A stretch of 64,000 nucleotides of DNA from an uncultured Sphingomonas sp. (GTDB lineage Bacteria > Pseudomonadota > Alphaproteobacteria > Rhizobiales > Rhizobiaceae), in assembly GCA_964658415.1 (NCBI GenBank), contig CAZZZI010000002.1:2391-66390 (forward strand), given 5' to 3'. Positions 18,819 to 28,481 of this stretch are shown in pieces. Position 1 is the first letter of the stretch. Each line of letters starts with the position of its first letter. A program made the position numbers and the translations under genes. The notes beneath the pieces were generated by a model. It was not told the DNA's origin. It did not search any database and saw only the letters and a program-made list of their open reading frames with translations.

Positions 18819-19916
18819 TCAGTCTTCAGGAGACTTCTGATAAAAGAGGCCGCTGACCTTCTGGTTGGTGTTCGAAATGAAGCTCCAATAGAGACGGCCG
18901 TTATCGAAGGCGGCTTCATACAAATCCCATCCTTCCTCTGTGACCTTCTTGAACGTCAGATCGCGAAGCGTACCCATCCCCCTGAGGACTGGCCCCGCGG
19001 CCTCCGATTGCTCTTGTGCTATGCAGGCAAGCTCAGGAGTCATTAGCCTGTAGTCAGGCTCGCCAAGCAAGTCCTCGATCACCATCCGCAATAGCGTTTC
19101 GCCATTCTCAATTGGTTGATTTTGGGCAATCCGATCCGTCAATGCTCTCTCCAAAGCGATCCCTCGTTCTGGTTCGATCCGAGGGGCGTCATGGTCAAAA
19201 CCACCCTGGTGAAGAATAAGGCCAGTGACTTCTCGGCCATGCTCGCGGACGAACGTGATTTGCGCCTGGACCGCTCTGTAGAAGAACTGGTCGACATCCT
19301 CGGGGAAGATTTCAAGCTCGGGCTGGCCGGTTATCCGAGTGAAGAGGCGACCGTCGCGGTATGTGATGACGTAGGCAAGGTGATCCAGAGCGTAATACCC
19401 TTCATAATCAGCGTAGAAGGCGGGCTCGATCTTCTTCTCTTTTCGTGGCCTTGCCTGGTCGTAGCGACGCCACGCGACGTCATCGAGTGAGGTGTCGGTC
19501 ATCATTGTATCCTTTGCCAGTTGCAGGAGTTCTTCGACAGATATGGAGACGCCAGCGGCGGTCTTTGCTCTGAGGGCATCGACGATGGCGAGACTATGCT
19601 GAGTTCGCGCGAGCCGTTCACGTAGGGCAACGTTCTGCATGTGCAGCATACGGTCGAGATCGGTCGCTTGCCCAGCCAACAGCCGCGCGACGTGCTGCAG
19701 ACTCAGGCCAAGCCGCTTCAACGTAAGGATTTCGTTCAGCCGAGCGATTTCGCGGGCTCCGTAGAGCCGCCAGTTCGCGTCTGTCCTACGGGGATGAATG
19801 AGGCCAGTTTGCTCATATAGCCGTAAGGCGCGAACCGTTAAGCCAACACGTTTCGCGCATTGCGCCGCAGTCAACCATGTATCTTCCTCGATGTCATTCC
19901 GCATGGTGGCTCCCAA
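18819..19916 (-). CDS. MerR-family regulator fused to a DUF3471-like beta-domain and a further C-terminal domain
   Basis: RALRLYEQTGLIHPRRTDANWRLY, LKRLGLSL; YEGYYAL...DGRLF..ITGQP...QITF...VTGLILHQGG. Confidence 0.85.
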   Translation of the reverse strand: MGATMRNDIEEDTWLTAAQCAKRVGLTVRALRLYEQTGLIHPRRTDANWRLYGAREIARLNEILTLKRLGLSLQHVARLLAGQATDLDRMLHMQNVALRERLARTQHSLAIVDALRAKTAAGVSISVEELLQLAKDTMMTDTSLDDVAWRRYDQARPRKEKKIEPAFYADYEGYYALDHLAYVITYRDGRLFTRITGQPELEIFPEDVDQFFYRAVQAQITFVREHGREVTGLILHQGGFDHDAPRIEPERGIALERALTDRIAQNQPIENGETLLRMVIEDLLGEPDYRLMTPELACIAQEQSEAAGPVLRGMGTLRDLTFKKVTEEGWDLYEAAFDNGRLYWSFISNTNQKVSGLFYQKSPED

Positions 19917-19928
19917 ATAGTCCTACCT

Positions 19929-19959
19929 GATCTAAGGTATGACGTTGGGTACGGTTCAA
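19929..19959 (-). promoter_or_regulatory. MerR-type promoter with 19-bp spacer
   Basis: Minus strand TTGAAC-N19-TAGATC directly upstream of the merR-like gene; the long spacer is characteristic of MerR targets. Confidence 0.55.
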
Positions 19960-20089
19960 GCGGAAATTTTCGAGCTTTTGCGGCGGCCATGTCCGCTTCT
20001 GGCGCATTGTTGCCGTCAATGTTGCAGCGATAGCTTTCGGAACGGCCTGCCCCACTTGGTCAACGTGTCAGCAAAACACCGCTTACAAC

Positions 20090-20461
20090 TTACCCGTCGA
20101 GCGGTGGGAACATACGACCTAAGTAGGCTGATAGCACACCTGAATTCCAAAGCCCCAGCAAGACGGCAGAGGCAAGGACTGCGACTACGACTGCGCCTCT
20201 CTTTACCATTTTCAAAGCTCTGAACCTGACCGTTTGCCTTTTGGAGACCTGAAACGGGATAATCATGTTCCGAAAGAATATATCGATGTCGTGATGGTGA
20301 CCGCTCGCTAGAAGCTGAGCATATCTTTCCTCGGAAATCGGGCGGTATTGAGCTGAGTAGCCCGACTTGAGGTGAGCTTTGAGCCGCCTTTGACGGGGAT
20401 AGTATTTGACGTCGAGCACGTCTCGGGTATCCAAGCGCTTCCAGGCCATTTCCAACTCCAA
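20090..20461 (-). CDS. KTSC-domain protein with C-terminal TM segment
   Basis: VKYYPRQRRLKAHLKSG..AQYRPISEERYAQLLAS...IFFRNMI. Confidence 0.65.
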   Translation of the reverse strand: MELEMAWKRLDTRDVLDVKYYPRQRRLKAHLKSGYSAQYRPISEERYAQLLASGHHHDIDIFFRNMIIPFQVSKRQTVRFRALKMVKRGAVVVAVLASAVLLGLWNSGVLSAYLGRMFPPLDG

Positions 20462-20719
20462 GCGATCAGAAAATCAGAAAGCATTTTCGAACCAAATTAT
20501 CGACCGGTAATCAACCCCCAACCCTCACCGTATAGGCAAGTGCAGCCAGACATCCCATCACAAGTCCGTGGGAGAGCAATAACATGGTGCAATATCGTCA
20601 TCTAGGCCTTCCCCGCTGCTCCTGGACAAAGAAGAAGATATTCTTTGTCGATACTGTCGGGTCGAGCATCGGCGCCACGATGTCATACAATGATTTCCAT
20701 CAGCGTTTCCCATGGACCC

Positions 20720-23119
20720 CTACCGGTCACCATCATCCCGCTCGCGTTCCTCTCTGGCATTTGCCTCGCGGTGCAATTCCTCCAGTCGAGGTGCATGCAG
20801 GTTGATCGGATCAGTGCGCGTCGTATGGCCCCAGTCAATCGACGTACGCTCTTCTCGCGGAGCCTGACGCTTGCTTTCGGCCTGGCCCTCCAAGTTCTGT
20901 CGTTCGTTTGCAGTATCCGCCCGATCTCCAGCCACGGCATCCCGAGATCGCTCCTGTGTCGAATTTCTTACATGGTCGGACGGACGACTGCTGACGCTCA
21001 GCGCTCTGGAGCGTTCGGCAAGCTCGATCGCGATACGAATCTCCCCATCGGTCTCCGCTATTTCACGGATGAGGCTGTTACCCGCAGCTCCGAGGTCTCC
21101 GGCACGAGCCATTTCGGCTTTCAGGCTTGATGTGAGCGATTCTTTGTCAACTTCTATTCCGTCGGCATTCGCGCGTTCGATCCTTTCCCGCGCATATTCC
21201 ACCTCAAGCATGACGGTGTTGGCTGCCTCAACCGCCTGAAGGCCGTGGCGAGACACGGCATCATCCCAAGACCTGCTCCCATTGCCCAGATCTTGACGTC
21301 GAACTAGTGGCTCCAGCCGAGCTCCTTGTTCATTTTCCTGCTCGCGCAACTCCATCAAATCGCGGTGGACGTTGACGTGAGCTCTGGCAGCTGTCGCGAT
21401 CTCTTCGAAGTCGAGCGCCTGGTCGCTCTGCACCAATCGCTTGGCCTGAAACAGAGCCGTCTCAACCCTCTTTTCATAGGCTTCAAAGTCCGAACGCGAC
21501 AGTTGGCGCATTTCATCACCCTCCGATAGGAACGTCATCAATGTATCGAGATCTGCCTTGGCCCGCGGACGCGAATGGTCTGATTGGCCAGCAAGCGGAA
21601 CACGCCGCTCTCCAGCTGCTTCCTGCTCCTCCAGACGAGAAAGCTGAGTTTTCGCGAAGGAGGTGACCGTTTTGCTCTCACTCTTCTCCGCCACTTTCGC
21701 CCAGGCCCTGCGCACCGTCTCTGTATAGTTACGACTTCGCTCGGTGCGCGCAAAGCTGCGTCCGTCGCCCCGTTTGGCATCATAACGGTGCTGGGCTGCC
21801 TCGCTGGTGCCCTCATGTTGCGTTCGCCCAAGGGTGCTAATGGGACGAACCTGGGCCCGTCGATAGGCGGGGGCTGCAGCGCGTTCACGGCGATCGGTCA
21901 TTTCCATCTTGATCCCGTGCTCTCGGGCCTTTTCAGCCATGATTTCCCGCCATCGGCGAAACGAATTGATTGACGTCTCGACGCGTTCGCCGAAATCCGA
22001 GCGCATCGCAACGATCGCATGCACATGGACGTGCGGGCGCTTGCCACCCGCCTGCTCCGGTTTCGGGTCGTTGGCCGGGTCATGGATGGAGAAAACATAA
22101 CGGTGTCCACCGAACTGCGCTGCCAGGAATTCACGCGAAGCGCTATGGAATGCCGCAACATCCGTTCCTGCGCGTGCAGACAGGATCAGATGCATGACAT
22201 CGCGTGGCTTGCGACCATGAAGTTGCACTCGCCATTCCTTCTGCACGAGGTCACCGGCGATCTTGGCGTCGCCGACGGTCCTTCCTGTCTCGTCCTCGAC
22301 CCGGCAATCATATCTTTCGACCAGATCGCGCAGACGGCTAGTTCCGTAATCCGTCCCGTTGCCGTAACCCGTAAATCGAAACCGGACCGCTTCGGGCATT
22401 CCAGCACCCCCGCGCTCCGACTGGCGAGCCTCATCGATGCGGGACTGCACGATCCGGGATGCTTTGGCATCTCCTGTCAGACGCTCACCGCCTGGGCTTC
22501 TCAATACGACCTGTCCCTCGACGTCGTAGCCAGAACCATCCGGTCGAGGTGAAATCGCAAAGGCGAACGCGCGATCCGCAACGGCCCACTTGATAATCTC
22601 TCGGCCGTACTCGTGAAGACGGATGCTTTCGTCCTCCCTGGTTTCAACTTCCACTCGGAACGATGCGATGTCGCGGCTCTCGGCGCGGTTCCCCATCAAA
22701 TGATTCCATTCGCCACCAATGGAGGCCAGGGCATCGCGCCCATGCAGCTCTTCTCCCCGCTCGTTCTCGACCGGCACTTCGCCGTTGCGGGAGACGTAGT
22801 TGACCATTGCACCGAGCCGGCGACCTCCCCCGTACGACGCCATCTTGACGACGGCTGGCTGGCTTCCGGTCGCAACCCCCGTCAACCGCGTCCTCATGGT
22901 GCGCAGGGAAGAGCCACCGCCCGAGTGTGCAGGCCGCTGACCAGAATTCCTGCCCTGGGGAAACGACTTGCCAGTCAAACGCATCTCCGCGAGAGCGGCA
23001 CTGCGGCGGCGGCGCTCTTCCTCATCGTCAGGCTTGCACGTCCCAAGAGAAAGATCGTGAAGAAACGCAGCGCGCCTGCGCTCCCACTCTGTCGTGAACG
23101 CTCCGAAAAACAGCTCCAT
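20720..23119 (-). CDS. VirD2-like (MOBP) conjugative relaxase with duplicated relaxase domain
   Basis: Motif I VVKMASY...NYVSR; motif II HLILS; motif III YVFSIH...PHVHVHA; RWRE..A...REHGI. Confidence 0.92.
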   Translation of the reverse strand: MELFFGAFTTEWERRRAAFLHDLSLGTCKPDDEEERRRRSAALAEMRLTGKSFPQGRNSGQRPAHSGGGSSLRTMRTRLTGVATGSQPAVVKMASYGGGRRLGAMVNYVSRNGEVPVENERGEELHGRDALASIGGEWNHLMGNRAESRDIASFRVEVETREDESIRLHEYGREIIKWAVADRAFAFAISPRPDGSGYDVEGQVVLRSPGGERLTGDAKASRIVQSRIDEARQSERGGAGMPEAVRFRFTGYGNGTDYGTSRLRDLVERYDCRVEDETGRTVGDAKIAGDLVQKEWRVQLHGRKPRDVMHLILSARAGTDVAAFHSASREFLAAQFGGHRYVFSIHDPANDPKPEQAGGKRPHVHVHAIVAMRSDFGERVETSINSFRRWREIMAEKAREHGIKMEMTDRRERAAAPAYRRAQVRPISTLGRTQHEGTSEAAQHRYDAKRGDGRSFARTERSRNYTETVRRAWAKVAEKSESKTVTSFAKTQLSRLEEQEAAGERRVPLAGQSDHSRPRAKADLDTLMTFLSEGDEMRQLSRSDFEAYEKRVETALFQAKRLVQSDQALDFEEIATAARAHVNVHRDLMELREQENEQGARLEPLVRRQDLGNGSRSWDDAVSRHGLQAVEAANTVMLEVEYARERIERANADGIEVDKESLTSSLKAEMARAGDLGAAGNSLIREIAETDGEIRIAIELAERSRALSVSSRPSDHVRNSTQERSRDAVAGDRADTANERQNLEGQAESKRQAPREERTSIDWGHTTRTDPINLHAPRLEELHREANAREERERDDGDR

Positions 23120-23604
23120 TAAGACGCCCCGCCCTGCCGTCGACCGACGCGCGCCGTATAGCGATCAAGCTCTAAGGCGACAGATGCAAGCGCCGGCCAA
23201 AGGCTCGCGACCACCTCGGAGACATCAGCCTTCGTCAGGGCGGGTCCGCGATTGGCGGTCCGGACCAACCCGTTGAGATTGACGCCTATCGCTCTCAGCT
23301 CCCATCGAATCAGCGTCAGAACCGCTCGATCTTCATCGGTGAGAAACGGCAAAACCCCTGCCCCCTCCAGACTGAGCGATCTCAGAAAACCGGAAACGGT
23401 CATCCCAGCTGATGCCGCGGCTTGATTGATCGCGGCAAACTCAGAAGAACTGTACCGGGCATGGGCGACCTTTTCCCTCCGGTCACCGGGTCCGTTCGCG
23501 GGGTTTTTAACCGCCAAGCTCTTGCGATTGCGTGCTCGCAACGCCGCCTCCAGATTGGGGCGCCGGAAGGCGCCATCGACGGCTCGTCCGTCGATTGTAG
23601 CCAA
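23119..23604 (-). CDS. mobC: Relaxosome accessory protein MobC/VirD1-like
   Basis: RHH segment ARYSSSEFAAINQAAASAGMTVSGFLR; ELRAIGVNLNGL; abuts the relaxase; start uncertain. Confidence 0.8.
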   Translation of the reverse strand: MATIDGRAVDGAFRRPNLEAALRARNRKSLAVKNPANGPGDRREKVAHARYSSSEFAAINQAAASAGMTVSGFLRSLSLEGAGVLPFLTDEDRAVLTLIRWELRAIGVNLNGLVRTANRGPALTKADVSEVVASLWPALASVALELDRYTARVGRRQGGAS

Positions 23605-23633
23605 TTTGTATCACAAATTTGCGTATCCTGCCA
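23603..23633 (+). other. oriT: MOBP-type nic site TATCCTG^CCA with upstream inverted repeat
   Basis: IR AATTTGT-ATC-ACAAATT (23603-23619), then GCGTATCCTG|CCA; matches the RP4/T-DNA border core; predicted nick between 23630 and 23631. Confidence 0.85.
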
Positions 23634-24028
23634 CAGAAAAATGACTTATTTGGTTACGCCACGACACTTGCATGCAAAGCAAAATGTGGAACGGCAAAAG
23701 CCGACGACATTTTCGAATGAAGGCCATCGTTGCAGAATTGAAACGGCGCAGATCGCACTCAGTCAGCGCGTCGAAGGGCTGTATCGTTATTTTCATTGGA
23801 TTATTTCACACAAATGAGTTGCTGGAAGTGTTTATACAAAAGTGGCGTGTGAATATTCACCATCATATGGCGAGTATTTAACACGCGTGAGAGATCTGTC
23901 ACATCGTTCCGGTCCTCTACGCGCCTGTTGCACCCTCAGGCGAAAGTGACTATATTGGTTATCGTGTCGCAGGGCCGCACGGCCGCACGGCCGGCGCGCG
24001 CAGCTATAAGTTGGCAATAGGAAAGACC

Positions 24029-24739
24029 ATGGCCAGGATATATGCAGCAGTGAGCAATAAAGGCGGTGCGGGCAAGACGACCCTCGTAACGCTGATCGCC
24101 GGAGAATACGCACTCCGCCAGGAGCGCGTGCTTCTTGTAGATGCAGACCAGCGGCAAAACCTGTCCGGATGGTGGATGCTCTGCAATGCGAAAGGGAATG
24201 CTGCCGAGAACATCGAAGTTGTGGTGGCGGTGACCCATGGCGCCATCGAGAAGGTGATCCGTGAACGTGGCAAATCCGTCGACCTGATAATCATAGACGC
24301 CGCTGGCGTCGACAGCACGTTGCAGACCACCATCCTGCGGTCATCCGATCTTGTTTTGTCGCCCGTTCAACCGGCAATCAAGGAAATCGAGGCCGCAGGT
24401 CAGACCGTCGCCGCAGTCAACGAACTGAACGACGAGCTAGGCCTGGCTATTCAGCATTTGAACATCAGGACGCGGGTTACCCTGACGGCACGCAATCTGG
24501 AAGCATATCGATACATCCGACCGTTCGTCGCCGGACTGAAGGCAGAAGACTATCAGAACGACCTGCTCGATACCGAACTGTTCGAACGTAATATCTACCG
24601 AGAAATCCAAAATGGGCTTGGGACTCTGCAAATGCAGGAACTGACAGAGCCTGTCAGGAAAGCCCGCGCTGAGGTGAAGTCTTTAGTCGATGAAATCGAG
24701 CGCCGGCGGCTTATCGGTAGCGACGAGGTCGCGGCATGA
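24029..24739 (+). CDS. ParA/VirC1-like ATPase
   Basis: NKGGAGKTT, VDADQRQN, IIIDAAG; divergent from mobC across oriT. Confidence 0.88.
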   Translation: MARIYAAVSNKGGAGKTTLVTLIAGEYALRQERVLLVDADQRQNLSGWWMLCNAKGNAAENIEVVVAVTHGAIEKVIRERGKSVDLIIIDAAGVDSTLQTTILRSSDLVLSPVQPAIKEIEAAGQTVAAVNELNDELGLAIQHLNIRTRVTLTARNLEAYRYIRPFVAGLKAEDYQNDLLDTELFERNIYREIQNGLGTLQMQELTEPVRKARAEVKSLVDEIERRRLIGSDEVAA

Positions 24740-25137
24740 GCAAGGCGGGCCTCGATCTCGGTGATTTTGCAATGGCGCCGCGCCGCCAGCCGGTCGGTGG
24801 AGCCAAGCGCAGCTCGACGGTGGCGGATCCGTTGTCGGAGGCTCCGGTTTTGGAGACTGCGGCACCCCCTGCATCATCCGCGACGGTTCTTCCGAAGTTG
24901 TCGCCAGAGGAGCGGCGGAACGCCGCGGAGAGCCGCGCCGTCAGCCAGGAGGGCGCAAGATTACGCTTGAGCGATCTTAGCCGCGCAAGACAGCGGACGA
25001 TCAAGTTTTACGTCAACGTCGCTCTGGATTACCCGACCAAGGCGCGTCTTGTGCGTGCGGCAACTGAAAATGATGTCAAGATGACCACCATCATGTCAGC
25101 TGCGATTGACGCCTATCTGGCGGAGAACGGCTATTAA
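24736..25137 (+). CDS. ParG/VirC2-like ribbon-helix-helix partner protein
   Basis: Disordered N-terminus, C-terminal YVNVALDYPTKARLVRAATENDVKMTTIMSAAIDAYL; ATGA overlap with the ATPase gene. Confidence 0.65.
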   Translation: MSKAGLDLGDFAMAPRRQPVGGAKRSSTVADPLSEAPVLETAAPPASSATVLPKLSPEERRNAAESRAVSQEGARLRLSDLSRARQRTIKFYVNVALDYPTKARLVRAATENDVKMTTIMSAAIDAYLAENGY

Positions 25138-25210
25138 GCCCGTCGAGCCGTCGCGGATGGCAAGCCGGTCGATCCGGCGCAGCCACCCGAAACGCCCCGA
25201 AAACTGGCCC

Positions 25211-25348
25211 CTAGTCGGGGGCCAGGGTCTTCAGTTCGCGAATTGCAGCGGTGAGTTCGGCTTCGATCTGCCGCCGCTCTTCGATGCTCGGTGCGTTACG
25301 GAGTTCGGTGCGCAATTCCTCGATGTGCTGCTCGATCGTCATCGTCAT
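25211..25348 (-). CDS. 45-aa coiled-coil microprotein
   Basis: Below the ORF-track cutoff; MTMTIEQHIEELRTELRNAPSIEERRQIEAELTAAIRELKTLAPD*. Confidence 0.65.
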   Translation of the reverse strand: MTMTIEQHIEELRTELRNAPSIEERRQIEAELTAAIRELKTLAPD

Positions 25349-25608
25349 CGCCTTAAGGTTTGTGAAAGATGAGATCTCGCGGATCCCAAGGGGAATGACG
25401 GGTCCAGGTTCGCGCCAGCGACCGGCGGCGCCGGCGTGCGGAGGTGCCGATTTCGTTGGAGCGCAGCGGAGGCGAAATTGGAGGGGCCGCGCGACCTTGA
25501 GGCGGCATTTCCGTTGGGATCAGACTGCCCCATCGCCAGCAGACAGGTTTGTCTCGTGTGCCCCCAACAAACCATCCACGCCCGATCGGCCAGAGAGGAG
25601 TAGAGACA

Positions 25609-26814
25609 TTGACACGGCGCTATCAGATCGGCTCAGTGGTCGTTGAAGACGATGACCCCGCTTTCGTGGGCATCCTTGCGGACGCGTATGCGCGCAAGCT
25701 TCGCCCGCTCTGCCTGTGCCAGTTTCCATCAGGCATTCCGATGTACATCGCCTGGATCGGTGAGCAACCGGTTATCAAGCGAATGCCGCTGACTGGTAGC
25801 GATCACGATGCTGGATGCCCATCCTACGAGCCGCCCTACGAACTCTCAGGGCTTGGACCATTGATTGGCAGTGCGATCCAGATAGATGCTGCCGATGGGA
25901 CTGCAGCTTTGAAGCTCGCCTTCTCGCTGACCAGGCGCGGCACCCACGCTCGAGCAACAGGTGATCAAACCGGCGAGGCTTCGGTCAAGAACGAGGCGAG
26001 AAAGCTGTCTCTGCGAGCGGTTCTTCACTACCTGTGGCACCAGGCAGGCCTGACGGAATGGACGGCCCATTGGGCGGGCAAGCGGCACTGGTTCCAGGTC
26101 CATGCTCATCTGACCGACGCCGCCCAGGCAATGACGGTGAAGGGCTTCTGCTTGACCGAGCGGTTGTTCGTGCCAGAAACCTTTCGTGCTGACGACAAGC
26201 CAGCCATCGAGCGGCGACGCACCGAAGCGTTGTCTGCTTTGCGCCCAACCAGCGATGGCCGCACAAACCTCATGCTGTTGATCGGCGAGGTCAAGGACTT
26301 CGCAACTGCCCGAAGCGGTCAGAAGATCGTCATCAAGCACATGCCCGGATACCCCCTCTTTATGGAGGAAAGCACCTGGAAGCGGCTTCAGGCACGCTAC
26401 ACCGCTGAACTGGAACTCTGGCGAGCTGAAGCGACTTTGCATCTTATCGTCATCGCGACATTCAGCCTCAGCCCCTCCGGTTTGAGTGTGATCGACGAGG
26501 TTGGGCTCATGTGTGTCTCCAAACATTGGATCCCCATCGAAAACGTCCATGAACAACGGCTAGTGGAGCGGCTCGCATGCCTCGGTCTGAAGAGCGTCAA
26601 GGGTCTCCGCTTCAATCTTTCGTCCACCCAGCCAATAGCCGCGGCCACCCTGCCCCATCACCGGAAAGGTCCGGTTGCCCTGTACATTGTACCTCCCGAC
26701 ACCGACGAGACCTTCAAGTTGGCGCTTAGCGATATGATCGCTGCGCGGCCGGATGTCGAGCCGTGGATATGGCGCGTCGCAGAAGGGGATATTCCGGACC
26801 TGCCGGCTCCTTGA
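25609..26814 (+). CDS. DUF1173 family protein
   Basis: RPLCLC..MYIA..KRMPLTGSDHDAGCPSYE; TTG start after GAGGAG. Confidence 0.8.
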   Translation: MTRRYQIGSVVVEDDDPAFVGILADAYARKLRPLCLCQFPSGIPMYIAWIGEQPVIKRMPLTGSDHDAGCPSYEPPYELSGLGPLIGSAIQIDAADGTAALKLAFSLTRRGTHARATGDQTGEASVKNEARKLSLRAVLHYLWHQAGLTEWTAHWAGKRHWFQVHAHLTDAAQAMTVKGFCLTERLFVPETFRADDKPAIERRRTEALSALRPTSDGRTNLMLLIGEVKDFATARSGQKIVIKHMPGYPLFMEESTWKRLQARYTAELELWRAEATLHLIVIATFSLSPSGLSVIDEVGLMCVSKHWIPIENVHEQRLVERLACLGLKSVKGLRFNLSSTQPIAAATLPHHRKGPVALYIVPPDTDETFKLALSDMIAARPDVEPWIWRVAEGDIPDLPAP

Positions 26815-26926
26815 TGAGTTGATGCGTGAGACCCATCGTCGATTTGCAATTTTTTTGAATCGGTCGACTGCAATCGATTCAGAATTCTCGTTGGACACCG
26901 GAAACGGGACCGCAGATTCTGGTTTC

Positions 26927-27220
26927 ATGATCCCGCAGCAATTCCAACTCTACATAGAACGCATTGACGCCAGAAAGAACATGGCGCGCTACTATATGCT
27001 CTCCATCCAGCCGACTTTGTTCGGGGAACCGTCGCTAACGCGGTGCTGGGGACGGATCGGCAGCCGTGGCCAGCAGAAAATACATCTCTTCCGGGATGAA
27101 AAAGAGGCCATCAGGCTTTTTTTGGAAATCCTGGCCCGGAAACGCAAGAAAGGCTATCTCGCGAGGAGTATCTGTGGAAATCACGGAGATAGGGCAAGAG
27201 TTGCTGCGCTGCCAGAATGA
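26927..27220 (+). CDS. WGR-domain protein
   Basis: NMARYY.LSIQPTLFGE..LTRCWGRIG..G, KRKKGY. Confidence 0.9.
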   Translation: MIPQQFQLYIERIDARKNMARYYMLSIQPTLFGEPSLTRCWGRIGSRGQQKIHLFRDEKEAIRLFLEILARKRKKGYLARSICGNHGDRARVAALPE

Positions 27221-27276
27221 CACGCCTCTCTGAAACTGCAAGGGATCATGCCATCAATCATGATGCGGAGGAAAAA

Positions 27277-27555
27277 ATGACAACGACCAACGAAATCGCC
27301 GAAGAGATCGCAACTGAGCACGCACTGACGAAAGTCCAGGCTAAGGCGATTGTCGAAGGCGTAATCTCTGCCATTACAGCCGCAGCGCTCGCAGGCGACG
27401 AGACGTCCCTGCCGGGCTTCGGCAAATTCAAAGTAAAGCAGACGCCGGAGCGCGAAGGGCGCAATCCGGCAACGGGTGCGGCCATGACCGTGGCCGCGTC
27501 TAAGAAGCTGGCCTTCACGCCGGCCAAGGCGTTGAAGGACGCCATGAACAAGTAA
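27277..27555 (+). CDS. HU-family DNA-binding protein
   Basis: LPGFGKF, REGRNPATG, FTPAKALKD. Confidence 0.95.
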   Translation: MTTTNEIAEEIATEHALTKVQAKAIVEGVISAITAAALAGDETSLPGFGKFKVKQTPEREGRNPATGAAMTVAASKKLAFTPAKALKDAMNK

Positions 27556-27562
27556 TCGAAGA

Positions 27563-27596
27563 GCCAGCAGGCCCGCCTTTCTGCGGGCCTGCTGGC
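27563..27596. terminator. Bidirectional hairpin between convergent HU and DUF736 genes
   Basis: Perfect 14-bp stem GCCAGCAGGCCCGC/GCGGGCCTGCTGGC. Confidence 0.7.
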
Positions 27597-27603
27597 ATAA
27601 GGG

Positions 27604-27912
27604 TCAGTCCCGGTTTGGCCGAGACCAGATGAGCTGGAGGTCGCTCTCGCTTTCGACATCGATCAGCGTGGCGTAGATCGGGGCCGGGAAGGACGGATCA
27701 TCCAGCTTGACGGAGAGATAATCGCGCCCCTCAGCGGACGTTTTGCGCCACGCTGCTCCGAACTCGACATTGCCCGAAAGGATGCGGAAGTCGGGACCTT
27801 TGTCGGAGGCGCGCTCAACGGCGCGGATTGTTGCCTTGACGTTGAGGTTCAGGGTCTTGATGGTGCCGGAGAAGCCGTTGCCGGAAGCGGTAAAAGAGCC
27901 GATGTTTGCCAT
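27604..27912 (-). CDS. DUF736 family protein
   Basis: [44 protein letters not shown]. Confidence 0.92.
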   Translation of the reverse strand: MANIGSFTASGNGFSGTIKTLNLNVKATIRAVERASDKGPDFRILSGNVEFGAAWRKTSAEGRDYLSVKLDDPSFPAPIYATLIDVESESDLQLIWSRPNRD

Positions 27913-27938
27913 TGTCGTTTTCCTTTCAGTTGCTCGGG

Positions 27939-28102
27939 CTGCGCCAATCGCGGCCTCGATGGCTGTCGATCAGACCGGGGGCGATCGGCCCGCACCTGCA
28001 AAGGCCGCAACGAAGTGGAGGACGGCCATGGCCGAGGCTTTCTTGTCTCGCGAGGAATGGGCGCGTAGCGTCCAGGGGAAGAAAACGAGCCGGCCGTTGC
28101 GG
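27939..28102. repeat. Conserved upstream element, copy 1 (shared with ardC leader)
   Basis: Blocks CTGCGCCAATCGCGG, AACGAAGTGGAGGACGGC, GGCCGTTGCGG identical to 29435-29570. Confidence 0.8.
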
Positions 28103-28481
28103 ATGCCGATCGAGCCGAATAGCCTGAGGCGGCCTTCGGTCAGACATGCCTCATCGAGACCGCAGTGGTCGTGTCATGCCAACGTCGAAAGGAAATGCAA
28201 TGGCGGGCTGCGGCGTCAATCCGCCAGCGACAATGCCGCCCCATCGATCCCCGCCGACTTCGACGCATGCAGATCGACGTCACGATCGCGCGACGCCTGC
28301 GAGTTTTCGGGCCACAGCCGCCTGTCTGACGGTGCTGGCGATGGTCTTGAGAAAGGCAGGACTGAAACTGCCAATCGGTGTGGTTCCTCTTCGAAGCTGA
28401 TTTAAGTCAACCAATGCAGAACCTGCGCGTCGTCGCTTCAGCAGACACGGTTCGCAGTCGACAGGCATCTTGAACGGATAC

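Noticed and set aside
24029-25137. Replication/partition locus (repABC)
   Set aside because: No repB/repC; short ParA without N-terminal HTH beside oriT fits a VirC-like transfer role
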